Assembly: GCA_963668675.2 (NCBI GenBank)
Contig: CAXXMB010000001.1
Coordinates: forward strand, 576,001 to 640,000
DNA: 64,000 bases
Direction of reading: 5' to 3'
Origin: an uncultured Desulfatitalea sp.
Lineage (GTDB): Bacteria > Desulfobacterota > Desulfobacteria > Desulfobacterales > Desulfosarcinaceae
Each line of letters starts with the position of its first letter. Within the stretch, counting starts at the first letter, position 1. The notes under the pieces are model-generated. The model had not been told where the DNA came from. It worked only from the letters and a program-made list of their open reading frames with translations, and searched no databases. Shown here piece after piece: positions 10,188 through 20,074 of this stretch. Made by a program: the position numbers and the translations under genes.

Positions 10188-10676
10188 ATGGCCAAAGAAG
10201 GAACCGTTGCCCCCAAGGAGAGAGTCAATATCGTCTATCGACCGGCAACTGGTGACGCCAAGGAGGAAGTCGAACTGCCGTTGAAGTTGTTGGTCGTCGG
10301 AGAATTTTCCTCGCAGGAAGATGATCGCATGATCGAAGAGCGTGAACCCATCAATATCGATAAAGACAATTTTGACGAGGTGATGAGAGCCCAGGACCTG
10401 AAACTGGATGTGAATGTCCCTGACAAAATTTCCGGTGATCCTGACAAAGAGGTTGCTGTCTCACTCAAATTCGAATCGATCAAGGATTTCAATCCTGAAG
10501 CCATCGCTCAAAATACGCCTGAGTTGAATCAACTCCTTCAACTTCGCGAAGCGTTGAGTGCCTTGAAGGGGCCGATGAGCAATCGGCCTGAATTTAGAAA
10601 GAAGATTCAGGAAATCGTAAAAGACGACGCAGCTCGCGAGAAAATACTCAAAGAGCTCAACCTTGATAAGGAGTAG
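10188..10676 (+). CDS. tssB: T6SS sheath small subunit TssB (VipA)
   Basis: VAPKERVNIVY, ELPLKLLVVGEF and PELNQLLQLREAL motifs. Confidence 0.97.
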   Translation: MAKEGTVAPKERVNIVYRPATGDAKEEVELPLKLLVVGEFSSQEDDRMIEEREPINIDKDNFDEVMRAQDLKLDVNVPDKISGDPDKEVAVSLKFESIKDFNPEAIAQNTPELNQLLQLREALSALKGPMSNRPEFRKKIQEIVKDDAAREKILKELNLDKE

Positions 10677-10690
10677 AAAGGGGGGTTTTC

Positions 10691-12181
10691 ATGGCTGAAG
10701 AACGAGAAATGGAAAAGGCTGCGGCAGCCGAAACCCAGGCCGAAACATCAGTATCCCTGTTGGACGATATCGTCACTGCCACCAAGCTGAAACCGGCCGA
10801 CGAAGGGTACGATATTGCCAAGAGGGGGGTCGAAGCCCTTCTGGGACAGCTGATCGAGCCCGGACGCAAGGTCGACAAAGTGTCCAACGCTCTGATCGAC
10901 GAGTTTATCTCCGAGATCGACCAGAAGCTGAGTGCCCAGTTGGATGCCATCATGCACGACCCCGAAGTACAGAAGTTGGAGTCGGCATGGCGATCGCTCA
11001 AATTTTTGGTGGACCGCACCGATTTCAGGGAAAACATCAAAATCGAAATCATGAACGCCAGCAAAGAGGAACTGCTCGAAGATTTCGAAGACTCGCCCGA
11101 AGTGCCGAAATCGGGACTGTACAAGACGATCTATACGGCGGAATATGGGCAGTTTGGCGGCCAGCCGTACAGCAACATTATCGCCAATTACGACTTCGGC
11201 CCCGGTCCTCAGGATGTCAAGCTGCTCCAATATGTGGCGGCCGTGTCGGCCATGTCCCATGCCCCGTTCATAGCGGCGGCAGGGCCCCAGTTTTTCGGAG
11301 TGGACAGTTTCACCGAATTGCCCAACCTGAAGGACCTGCACTCCATTTTCGAAGGGCCCCAATACACCAAATGGCAATCGTTCAGGGAGTCCGAAGACGC
11401 ACGCTATGTGGCCTTGACCACACCGCGGTTTTTGCTGCGACTGCCCTACGGGCAGGATACGCAGCCGGTAAAGAGTTTCAATTATGAGGAGGATGTCTCC
11501 GATTCCCATGATCGTTACCTGTGGGGGAATGCCGCCTTTGCGTTTGCCTCCCGGTTGACCGACAGTTTCGCCAAGTACCGATGGTGCACCAACATCATCG
11601 GCCCCATGGGCGGCGGTACGGTGGACGATCTGCCCCTGCATCAGTTTGAATCGATGGGGGCCATTCAGACCAAAATCCCCACTGAAGTGCTTATCTCTGA
11701 ACGCCGCGAATTCGAGCTGGCCGAAGAGGGGTTTATTTCACTGACCATGCGCAAAGGCAGTGACAATGCCTGCTTCTTCTCGGCCAATTCGGTCCAAAAA
11801 CCCAAATTCTTCGGCAACAGTGAGGAGGGCAAGGCTGCCGAACTCAACTACAAGCTTGGAACGCAGTTGCCTTACATGTATGTGGCTAACCGATTGGCCC
11901 ACTACCTGAAAGTGATTCAACGCGAGAATATCGGAAGCTGGAAGGAGCGATCCGATCTCGACCGCGAATTGAACCAATGGATAAGGCAGTATGTTGCCGA
12001 CCAGGATAATCCACCGGCGGCGGTGCGGAGCCGTAGACCCTTGCGACAGGCTCAGATCACAGTAGAAAGTGTGGAAGGAGAGCCCGGCTGGTACAAGGTT
12101 GGAATGAAAGTGCGTCCCCATTTTAAATATATGGGAGCCTTTTTTACCCTGTCACTCGTCGGAAAATTGGATAAAGAATAA
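10691..12181 (+). CDS. tssC: T6SS sheath large subunit TssC (VipB)
   Basis: LESAWRSLKFLV, EYGQFGGQP, PRFLLRLPYG and RPHFKYMG motifs. Confidence 0.97.
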   Translation: MAEEREMEKAAAAETQAETSVSLLDDIVTATKLKPADEGYDIAKRGVEALLGQLIEPGRKVDKVSNALIDEFISEIDQKLSAQLDAIMHDPEVQKLESAWRSLKFLVDRTDFRENIKIEIMNASKEELLEDFEDSPEVPKSGLYKTIYTAEYGQFGGQPYSNIIANYDFGPGPQDVKLLQYVAAVSAMSHAPFIAAAGPQFFGVDSFTELPNLKDLHSIFEGPQYTKWQSFRESEDARYVALTTPRFLLRLPYGQDTQPVKSFNYEEDVSDSHDRYLWGNAAFAFASRLTDSFAKYRWCTNIIGPMGGGTVDDLPLHQFESMGAIQTKIPTEVLISERREFELAEEGFISLTMRKGSDNACFFSANSVQKPKFFGNSEEGKAAELNYKLGTQLPYMYVANRLAHYLKVIQRENIGSWKERSDLDRELNQWIRQYVADQDNPPAAVRSRRPLRQAQITVESVEGEPGWYKVGMKVRPHFKYMGAFFTLSLVGKLDKE

Positions 12182-12210
12182 AGACGAAAACTTATTAAAG
12201 GAGGAAACCT

Positions 12211-12726
12211 ATGCCGACCCCAGCTTATTTGTCCATCGAAGGAGAGACCCAAGGCCCCATTACCCAAGGCACCTTTACCTCAGAAAGTGTGGGCAATACT
12301 TATGTGGAAGGGCACGAGGATGAAATTTTGGTTGAAGCTTTCAGCCATAATGTGACCATTCCAAGGGATCCACAAAGCGGTCAGCCCACAGGACAGAGGG
12401 TACACCAACCGTTGCAAATCACTAAGGTGTTCGACAAGTGTTCTCCGATGCTCTACAACGCGCTGACCTCGGGCGAAAAAATGAGCAAATGTGAACTCCA
12501 TTTCTATCGCACCAGCACAGCCGGGCAACAGGAACACTACTACACAATCGAACTGGAAGATGCCATTATCGTTGATATCGTTGCATACATGCCTAATTGC
12601 CTGGATCCTGGACAAGCCCATTATACGAACATGGAGGATGTCTCTTTCAGCTATCGTAAAATCACCTGGCGTCATGAGGTTGCCGGCACAGAAGGTTCGG
12701 ATGACTGGCGCGCACCAAAAGCTTAA
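12211..12726 (+). CDS. hcp: T6SS tube protein Hcp (TssD), Vibrio cholerae/P. aeruginosa H2-like
   Basis: MPTPAYLSIEG, PRDPQSGQPTGQRVH and SYRKITWRH...GSDDWR motifs; SD AAGGAGG. Confidence 0.97.
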   Translation: MPTPAYLSIEGETQGPITQGTFTSESVGNTYVEGHEDEILVEAFSHNVTIPRDPQSGQPTGQRVHQPLQITKVFDKCSPMLYNALTSGEKMSKCELHFYRTSTAGQQEHYYTIELEDAIIVDIVAYMPNCLDPGQAHYTNMEDVSFSYRKITWRHEVAGTEGSDDWRAPKA

Positions 12727-12741
12727 TGAGCTGTTAGAAGT

Positions 12742-12783
12742 TTTCCCTCTGGCTGCCGGTTAGCAACAGCGGCCAGAGGGAAA
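12742..12783 (+). terminator. Stem-loop after hcp (attenuator or mRNA stabiliser)
   Basis: TTTCCCTCTGGC...GCCAGAGGGAAA 12-bp inverted repeat; no + strand U-tract. Confidence 0.5.
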
Positions 12784-12812
12784 GCGTCCGCTTAATCAAA
12801 CAGGGATCCCGT

Positions 12813-13226
12813 ATGCAAGAGCATCGATTACTGGACCGCATCCGCCTTGCAATGAAGAATCCCAGCCGCAGGGTGACCCAAGACCCGAAACAGATGATCC
12901 GTTCGGTCCAGGAGCATCTCCAACGTATTCTCAATACGCGGCAGGGCAATGTGCCCATTGCAGATGATTACGGTATTCCGGATTTTACCAATTTGATGAG
13001 CGGATTTCCCGAATCGAGGCGTTCCATCGAACGGACCATTCGAAATACCATTCAGTACTATGAACCGCGATTGCAGGGGGTGCGGATCACTTTTCTGGAT
13101 CAGCATGATAAAACACTGACAATCAGTTTTCAGATCTCTGCCCAGTTGGTGCTGCCGGGACATAAGGACCCGGTTACTTTCGAAAGCGTCCTGGATGCCG
13201 GTGGCCACTTTGAAGTGAAGGGTTGA
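12813..13226 (+). CDS. tssE: T6SS baseplate TssE (gp25-like)
   Basis: HLQRILNTRQG...DYGIPD and IQYYEPRL motifs. Confidence 0.93.
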   Translation: MQEHRLLDRIRLAMKNPSRRVTQDPKQMIRSVQEHLQRILNTRQGNVPIADDYGIPDFTNLMSGFPESRRSIERTIRNTIQYYEPRLQGVRITFLDQHDKTLTISFQISAQLVLPGHKDPVTFESVLDAGGHFEVKG

Positions 13227-13332
13227 TTGCCATCAATACGGCGTTGTTTCGAAGCAATGATCTCGGCGAATACAGCAATTGCAACTGTGGGGATGGAAGC
13301 AGCAACCATTGTGATGGAATGCGATATTCATT

Positions 13333-15066
13333 ATGTTCAACCAATACTTCCAGAATGAACTGGGCAACCTGAGAGAGCTTGGCGCTGAATTTGCCCGTCG
13401 TTATCCGGCCGTAGCGCCGATGCTCAGCGGTATGTCCACAGATCCGGACACGGAACGCTTGCTTGAAGGTGTTGCGTTCTTAACGGCAATGCTGCGTCAA
13501 CGGCTGGACGATGATTTTCCCGAGATTATCCAAGAGCTGTTTCAACTCATTTGGCCGCACTACTTGAGGCCTGTTCCGTCGACATCCATCGTAGATTTTT
13601 CTCCCAAATCGGGTTTGAAGCAGACGGTTCGAGTCCCCCGGGGGGTTCAGCTGGCCTCCGAACCGGTGGAAGGCACGCCGTGCTTTTTTGCAACCTGTTA
13701 CGATGTTGATGTCCACCCACTGGTACTTGAAAAAGCGACCTTTGAGGAGAAAGCAGGTAAATCGCCGACGATCCGGCTTGGATTTGCTCTGCAAGGGGTC
13801 CAACTTGACGAGTGGCGACCCGAGACCCTGCGCTTGCACCTGACCGGCGATTCGAGCCAGTCATCCGATATCTATCTTCTCCTCTCCCGTTATGTGAAGC
13901 GCATCGTTCTTACTCCCGAAGGAGGTGGCGAAAGTTGCCTCCTCCATCCGGATAAGCTAAAACCGGCCGGATTCGGGTCGGAGGATGCACTGCTTCCCTA
14001 TCCAACGCAGGCCTTTCCCGGCTATCGTATTATCCAGGAGTACTTCATTCTACCCGAGAAGTTTCTATTTCTCGAACTGGAAGGATTTCACCAGTGGAAA
14101 AACCGGGGAAGCGCAAGTCAATTTGAAATTTGTTTTGAACTCAAAGATATCCCTTTTGCACGCCCAAGGGTGCGCAAAGACAATTTCGCCCTTGCCGCTA
14201 CGCCGGTAATCAATCTTTTCTCTCACGACGCCGATCCGATTCGAATGGACCACCGAAAAAGCGAGTATCTGGTCAGGCCGGCGGGCAGCAACGACCGCAA
14301 TTTTCAAGTCTACACGATAGAGAGCGTGACCGGTTATGTGCAGGGGACAGCCCAGGAGCGCGTTTACACACCCTTTGAGATGTTTTCGCCCAATCCGGAT
14401 GCCGATCCCACTTTCCACATGAGCATCCGGCAATCTCCGGTGCGGCAAGGGTTCGATTTCTATCTCTCCGTCGCCTATCCGCCAGGTTCAGGCGAACCAC
14501 CGCCAGAGACTCTCTCCATCGGACTGCAATGCACCAATGGGGTGGCGCCCGAAGGGCTTCAGATCGGGGATATTCGAAACCCCACCAGCAGTACACCGGA
14601 GTTCGTCGAGTTCAGAAACATCATACCGCCCACAGCCGCTATCGTGCCGCAGTTGGGGCGCAACTTGCACTGGAAACTGCTCTCCCATCTTTGCCTTAAC
14701 TATCGATCTTTGGCCAGTGCGGAGAACCTCAAGGCGCTTCTTGAGCTTTACAATTTCGAAGAGAACAGGGACCGCCCTGCCTTTTTGGCAAATCAAAAGA
14801 AGGTGGCTGGCATCGAAGAGGTGTCGACCCGGACCTCGGACAGGTTGGTTGATCGCGTTATCATGCGCGGCCGCGAAATCCGTCTTAATCTCCGCCAGGA
14901 CAATTTTGCCGGCGTTGGGGATCTCTTTCTTTTCGGTTCGGTGCTCGACCATTTTCTCGGTCTGTACGCATCTCTGAACACGTATACCCAGTTGACTGTC
15001 AAAGAGGCTCTAAAAGGAGAGGTGTATCAATGGCCGCCGCGCATCGGAGTGCATCCGCTCATTTAA
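13333..15066 (+). CDS. tssF: T6SS baseplate TssF
   Basis: YFQNELGNLRELGAEFA, DPDTERLLEGVAFL, WPHYLRPVPS and W.LLSHL.LNY motifs. Confidence 0.96.
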   Translation: MFNQYFQNELGNLRELGAEFARRYPAVAPMLSGMSTDPDTERLLEGVAFLTAMLRQRLDDDFPEIIQELFQLIWPHYLRPVPSTSIVDFSPKSGLKQTVRVPRGVQLASEPVEGTPCFFATCYDVDVHPLVLEKATFEEKAGKSPTIRLGFALQGVQLDEWRPETLRLHLTGDSSQSSDIYLLLSRYVKRIVLTPEGGGESCLLHPDKLKPAGFGSEDALLPYPTQAFPGYRIIQEYFILPEKFLFLELEGFHQWKNRGSASQFEICFELKDIPFARPRVRKDNFALAATPVINLFSHDADPIRMDHRKSEYLVRPAGSNDRNFQVYTIESVTGYVQGTAQERVYTPFEMFSPNPDADPTFHMSIRQSPVRQGFDFYLSVAYPPGSGEPPPETLSIGLQCTNGVAPEGLQIGDIRNPTSSTPEFVEFRNIIPPTAAIVPQLGRNLHWKLLSHLCLNYRSLASAENLKALLELYNFEENRDRPAFLANQKKVAGIEEVSTRTSDRLVDRVIMRGREIRLNLRQDNFAGVGDLFLFGSVLDHFLGLYASLNTYTQLTVKEALKGEVYQWPPRIGVHPLI

Positions 15067-16070
15067 ATAATGGGTCTGGAAAAGATACTTTACAGGCATT
15101 GTTGAACAAAGCCTCCTCCTTCTCTTTCTTCCAGGCCATACGATTGTTGCGCCATCTGTCCGCGGCAGGGACGGACGCTTTCGATGCTGAGGCAGGCGCC
15201 ACAATCTCTATCAGGCCCAATCTCTCCCTGGCCTTTCAGCCGTCGGACATCGAAAAGATCGAAGCGTTGGAGGGGGATAGGGGCTATCGTATTACAGCCA
15301 ACTTTTTAGGCCTTTACGGTACAGCTTCACCATTGCCGACCTTCTATACCGAAGATCTGCTCGCAGAGGAAGCGCAAGACGAAACGGTATGTCGTGATTT
15401 TTTAGACATCTTCAACCAGTCGCTCTATGATCTGCTCTACCAGGGGTGGCTCAAGTACCGGCAGTTTTTCAACATCGCCGAAGCTAAAAATGATGCCTAT
15501 CTGGAGCGGCTCTATTGTCTACTTGGATTGGGAGCCGAACCCCTGCGTCGTTCCCAGGATATTCCCGGCGGCGATTACAGGCTGTTGAGATACATTGGCC
15601 TCTTTACCCAAAATCCCCGTTCGGCTGCAGGATTGGGTGCCATGCTCAGTGATGCGTTGGGCGATACGCCACTGGAGATTGTTCCGTGTATCCCGCGCAA
15701 GGCGAGCATCCCACTTCCCCAGAGGATGCAGATGGGGCTTTCAGGGAGCCAGCTTGGAATCGACAGTTATCTGGGTGAGGAGATCGCTGATCGCATGGGG
15801 AAATTTCGAATCCAGGTCGGCCCTCTCGATCAAGCCGGTTTTTTGCGGTTCACACCAGGAAACGAAAGCTATGACACACTGGTGTCTCTTACCGAGAGCT
15901 ACCTCGCCGATCCGTTGGTATATGAAGTGGAATTGATCCTGGGCGCGCACCAGGCACAAACCGTTGCATTGGGAGACCCGGTAAGGTCTGTGTTGGGCGT
16001 GACCTCATGGGTTTTTTCCGAGGCACATCTTGGGGAGGTGCGCACACGCTTTAACATCGATCGCAATTAA
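15030..16070 (+). CDS. tssG: T6SS baseplate TssG
   Basis: FSFFQAIRLL, FLGLYG.ASPLP.FYTE and DFLDIFN motifs; overlaps the tssF end. Confidence 0.95.
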   Translation: MAAAHRSASAHLNNGSGKDTLQALLNKASSFSFFQAIRLLRHLSAAGTDAFDAEAGATISIRPNLSLAFQPSDIEKIEALEGDRGYRITANFLGLYGTASPLPTFYTEDLLAEEAQDETVCRDFLDIFNQSLYDLLYQGWLKYRQFFNIAEAKNDAYLERLYCLLGLGAEPLRRSQDIPGGDYRLLRYIGLFTQNPRSAAGLGAMLSDALGDTPLEIVPCIPRKASIPLPQRMQMGLSGSQLGIDSYLGEEIADRMGKFRIQVGPLDQAGFLRFTPGNESYDTLVSLTESYLADPLVYEVELILGAHQAQTVALGDPVRSVLGVTSWVFSEAHLGEVRTRFNIDRN

Positions 16071-16138
16071 AGGACGTATTCCGTTTCGTCCATATCCCTT
16101 CGATTTCCATTGCTCAAGAACACCAAGGAGGAGAAACT

Positions 16139-18757
16139 ATGGTTTCCGTGGATATCAAATCACTGCTTCGCCGAATGAACAGTTACTGTACCAACAGCCT
16201 GGAAGGGGCTGCCGGCTTGTGCGTTTCGCGCACCCACTATGAGGTGACGGTGGAGCATATGATGACCAAATTGCTGGAGGATCAACAGGCCGACCTGTCA
16301 CTCATTCTGCGCCACTTCGAGATAGACGCAGGACGTTTTCGAAAAGCGTTGTCCGATAGCCTTGAGATATACAAAACCGGAAACGCTGCCAAACCGGTTT
16401 TTTCTCCACTTCTGCTCGAATGGATGCAGGAGGCATGGCTCACCGCTTCCGTGGATCTGGATGAGGCACGTATCCGCTCCGGGGCACTGTTGCTCTCTTT
16501 TCTCAACCACCCCCATCAGTTTGCCAATGGCGGGTATGTGGACCTTCTCGGTGAAATCAGCCGCGACGCCTTGATGTCTGGTTTTTGGGATATGGTCAAA
16601 GGCTCATCTGAAAAAACGATCAGAACCACCGAGGAGGAGGGCGTGGCCGCAGCACCGGGCGAGGCAACGGCCCTCAAACGGTTTTGCACGGATTTTACCG
16701 AAAAGGCAGCGGCCGGCGAGATCGACCCGGTCTTCGGGCGTGACCGTGAGATAAGGCAGATGGTGGATATACTGGCGCGGCGGCGAAAGAACAATCCCAT
16801 CGTTGTTGGCGAGGCAGGTGTTGGAAAGACAGCGGTGGTGGAGGGCTTGGCCTTACGAGTGGTGGAGGGTGATGTGCCTGAACTGCTTAGCGATGTCTCC
16901 ATTGTCGGTCTCGATATGGGGCTGTTGCAGGCCGGCGCCGGGATGAAAGGCGAATTTGAGAATCGCCTCAAGTCGGTAATGAATGACATTAAAGCCTCGG
17001 AAAAGCCGATCATCCTCTTTATCGATGAAGCCCATACCCTGATTGGGGCCGGCGGCACGGCGGGCATGAGCGATGCCGCCAACCTGCTCAAGCCGGCACT
17101 GGCCAGGGGCGAACTGCGCACGGTGGCAGCCACGACCTGGTCTGAGTATAAGAAGTATTTTGAAAAGGATGCCGCCCTTGCCCGGCGGTTTCAGCTCGTC
17201 AAACTCGATGAGCCATCAGAAGAGATTGCAAAGCTCATTCTCCGAGGGCTCAAGGAGAAGTACGAGGCGGCCCACAACGTGGTGGTGCGTGATGACGCCA
17301 TCGAGGCGGCCGCTGAGATGTCCAGCCGCTACATCTCCGGCCGGCAACTGCCGGACAAGGCAGTGGATCTGTTGGATACCAGCGCCGCCCGTGTCAAGGT
17401 TCTGCTCAGCGCCAAGCCGGATGTGGTCGAAGATCAGGAGCGGCGCATCCAGGCCCTGACGCGCGAGCTCGATGCCATCGCCAGGGACAAGCAGCACGGC
17501 ATCGATGTCGATACGGAGCGTGTAGAGACGCTCACCGGTGAGAAGGGAGAGTTGGAGAAGAGATTGGAAGAGACCCGGAAGCGATGGCTTGAAGAGCAGG
17601 CCCTTGCAAATAGGGTGATCGAAATCCGGAAACGTCTGGTCGAGACATCCAAGGCCGGTGAGGATATTGAACCCATCAAGGCCGAGCTTGACCAAAGCTC
17701 GGAGGCGCTTGTAAAGATCCAGGGTGATGCGCCGCTTGTGCGCACGGAGGTGGATCCGGATGTTGTGGCCAAGGTGGTGTCGGACTGGACCGGCATCCCC
17801 CTGGGCAAAGTGATGCGCGACGAGGCGCGCAACATCATCAACCTGGAAGAGAATCTGCAACAGCGCATCAAGGGGCAGGACGAGGCACTGGGCGTCATTG
17901 CCCAGACGGTCAAAGCTGCCAAATCGGGCCTCAAAGACCCCCATCAACCGCTGGGGGTTTTTCTGCTGGTGGGTCCTAGCGGCGTTGGAAAGACCGAAAC
18001 CGGTCTGGCCGTTGCAGATCTTCTGTTCGGTGGCGAAGGCTTTATGGTCACCATCAACATGAGTGAATTTCAGGAGAAGCATACGGTAAGCCGGCTCATC
18101 GGGTCGCCTCCCGGGTATGTGGGATACGGCGAAGGTGGCGTGCTGAGTGAGGCCGTAAGGCAGCGTCCCTACTCTGTGGTTCTTCTGGACGAGGTGGAGA
18201 AGGGGCATCCCGAAGTGATGAACCTCTTTTACCAGGTGTTCGACAAAGGGATGCTGGCGGACGGTGAAGGTCGTGAGATCGATTTCAAGAACACGGTAAT
18301 TTTTCTGACCAGTAATTTGGCAACGGACGTGGTGACCGAAATGTGTTCAGGAGAGGAGCCGCCCCCTCTGGAGGTGTTCGGTTCGGCCATACGGCCCATT
18401 TTAAGCAATCACTTCAAGCCGGCCCTTCTAGCCCGCATGAACGTGATTCCCTACAAGATTTTGTCACCCGACATTCTCAAAGATATCGTCATGCTCAAGC
18501 TGAACAAGTTGGTCGCGCGAATGAACCAGACCCACAAAATCGGCTTGAGTTACTCACCGGCTGTCGTGGACCAGATCGCCGCACGATGCACAGAGGTAGA
18601 GACCGGCGCTCGCAATATCGATTACATCATGAATGGTAGCGTCATGCCGCGAATGTCCCAGGAGATATTAACCTATATGATGACAGGTGAAATGCCATCG
18701 GCGGTTACGCTCGATTTGGATGAGAATGGCGGTTTCACGGTCGTATTCGGAGGGTGA
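16139..18757 (+). CDS. tssH: T6SS AAA+ ATPase ClpV (TssH)
   Basis: Two Walker A motifs (GEAGVGKT, GPSGVGKT); ClpV-type N-terminus (AAGLCVSRTHYEV); TEVETGARNID. Confidence 0.96.
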   Translation: MVSVDIKSLLRRMNSYCTNSLEGAAGLCVSRTHYEVTVEHMMTKLLEDQQADLSLILRHFEIDAGRFRKALSDSLEIYKTGNAAKPVFSPLLLEWMQEAWLTASVDLDEARIRSGALLLSFLNHPHQFANGGYVDLLGEISRDALMSGFWDMVKGSSEKTIRTTEEEGVAAAPGEATALKRFCTDFTEKAAAGEIDPVFGRDREIRQMVDILARRRKNNPIVVGEAGVGKTAVVEGLALRVVEGDVPELLSDVSIVGLDMGLLQAGAGMKGEFENRLKSVMNDIKASEKPIILFIDEAHTLIGAGGTAGMSDAANLLKPALARGELRTVAATTWSEYKKYFEKDAALARRFQLVKLDEPSEEIAKLILRGLKEKYEAAHNVVVRDDAIEAAAEMSSRYISGRQLPDKAVDLLDTSAARVKVLLSAKPDVVEDQERRIQALTRELDAIARDKQHGIDVDTERVETLTGEKGELEKRLEETRKRWLEEQALANRVIEIRKRLVETSKAGEDIEPIKAELDQSSEALVKIQGDAPLVRTEVDPDVVAKVVSDWTGIPLGKVMRDEARNIINLEENLQQRIKGQDEALGVIAQTVKAAKSGLKDPHQPLGVFLLVGPSGVGKTETGLAVADLLFGGEGFMVTINMSEFQEKHTVSRLIGSPPGYVGYGEGGVLSEAVRQRPYSVVLLDEVEKGHPEVMNLFYQVFDKGMLADGEGREIDFKNTVIFLTSNLATDVVTEMCSGEEPPPLEVFGSAIRPILSNHFKPALLARMNVIPYKILSPDILKDIVMLKLNKLVARMNQTHKIGLSYSPAVVDQIAARCTEVETGARNIDYIMNGSVMPRMSQEILTYMMTGEMPSAVTLDLDENGGFTVVFGG

Positions 18758-18837
18758 GCACTCCTCCGCCACGAGTGGTGCAGGGATGCGCTTATGGTCA
18801 CCTGAAAGCGTTCAAGGCCCACTGAAAGGACGATGAT

Positions 18838-19614
18838 ATGAAGGCTGTTTGGTTGAGTGCCCTGTCGGTTCCGGAGCAAGAGGTGAGATTGCTGATGCAG
18901 AAAATGCAAACCTATGGTTTGTCGTGCTCGGGGCATCAATGGAAAGATGACCTTCAAAACATGGCCTGGATGGGGCCTATGGATGAGCTGTGCGATCCCC
19001 AGACGGCCATTTGGGCCATCATGGGGACGACAGAGGCGTTTCAACATCCGGAGACCCGCTATGGCCTCTCCCTTCTGGCCATCTGCGTTCAGGCCCGGAA
19101 GGGGGCCGGTTTTCCAATTGTGATATTGCAAAGCGGCGGGGATCCGATCCCAGCAGCCGAGCTTCCGTCGCCTCTTCAACGTGCCATTGTGCTCCCGGCA
19201 GCCGATGCCGGCACGCCAGCCAAACTTGTCGCCAAAGCCCATGCCAAGGTGCCGGAATTGCAAAGCGCTTACCATATCAATATGGTTGGCAATCCTCAAT
19301 TCGGTCAATGGTTTGAAGTCAGGCCCACATCGGATGTCTGGCAGGGGATTATATTTGGCGTCGATGAGGCCGAGATCAAATTCCAGGCAGTCGGACCCGG
19401 TGGCGAACTGCCCAAAACGAGTACGCTTCACTATCCCATGCAAGGCCTTCAAATCGACTTCAAGGAGAAGCAGTATGCGGCATGGGCGGTGCGCAATGAG
19501 ATCAACATGGTGGAATCATACTTTGTAAAGATCGAGGGCGCTCCCGGTGCTCTTCTGTTTGGGGCCTTCTCTGAAGAGAGCGAAGCGGAGATGTACCATA
19601 TCCAGTTGAAGTAG
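18838..19614 (+). CDS. Hypothetical T6SS-linked protein; N-terminus with TIR-like pattern, beta-rich C-terminus
   Basis: 258-aa ORF with SD AAAGGA, co-oriented 80 nt after clpV; fold call is by eye only. Confidence 0.7.
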   Translation: MKAVWLSALSVPEQEVRLLMQKMQTYGLSCSGHQWKDDLQNMAWMGPMDELCDPQTAIWAIMGTTEAFQHPETRYGLSLLAICVQARKGAGFPIVILQSGGDPIPAAELPSPLQRAIVLPAADAGTPAKLVAKAHAKVPELQSAYHINMVGNPQFGQWFEVRPTSDVWQGIIFGVDEAEIKFQAVGPGGELPKTSTLHYPMQGLQIDFKEKQYAAWAVRNEINMVESYFVKIEGAPGALLFGAFSEESEAEMYHIQLK

Positions 19615-19696
19615 CTATGTAGAGGAGAATACTCCAAGGGGCATAGATGCCTGCGAGCAGCAAATCTACTCTGAAACATCACTTTAGGGCGGGAGC

Positions 19697-19744
19697 AGGG
19701 ATGGCATCGTAAATGACCAGCGCCTCGGCACCATTCCTTTTTTT
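19697..19744 (+). terminator. Possible intrinsic terminator of the T6SS operon
   Basis: AGGGATGG...CCATTCCT imperfect stem followed by a T7 tract. Confidence 0.35.
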
Positions 19745-20074
19745 ACTTGACAATATGGTATCTCCTGAATAAGTACCCAAGCTGAAGTTAGGCTCAAACC
19801 AAGCAGTTACATACCGATCTGCCATTGAAATCTTCCCATCGGATCGAAGATGGGATTCGGAAGTTGGAAAAGCACACCGTAGCTCTCTTTGAGCATATCT
19901 GATAAATCAACCCACCTTGTGAACGGCCACTTTTATTTGGCCGCACGACGAAAAACTGAGTTGCAGTGGACATTCAGGTCACTTCTTGCCGGCCGCATCT
20001 GGTTTGCCGGCATGGTATCTGACGCATAGAAGTTGTTGGCTTGCTGTTTGTCCCGGCATCCATGAGGAAGACGT

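Noticed and set aside
20037..20051. Sigma54-like TGGC-N7-TTGT upstream of fimT
   Set aside because: The -12 element is TTGT rather than TTGC, and the implied start leaves almost no room for the RBS.
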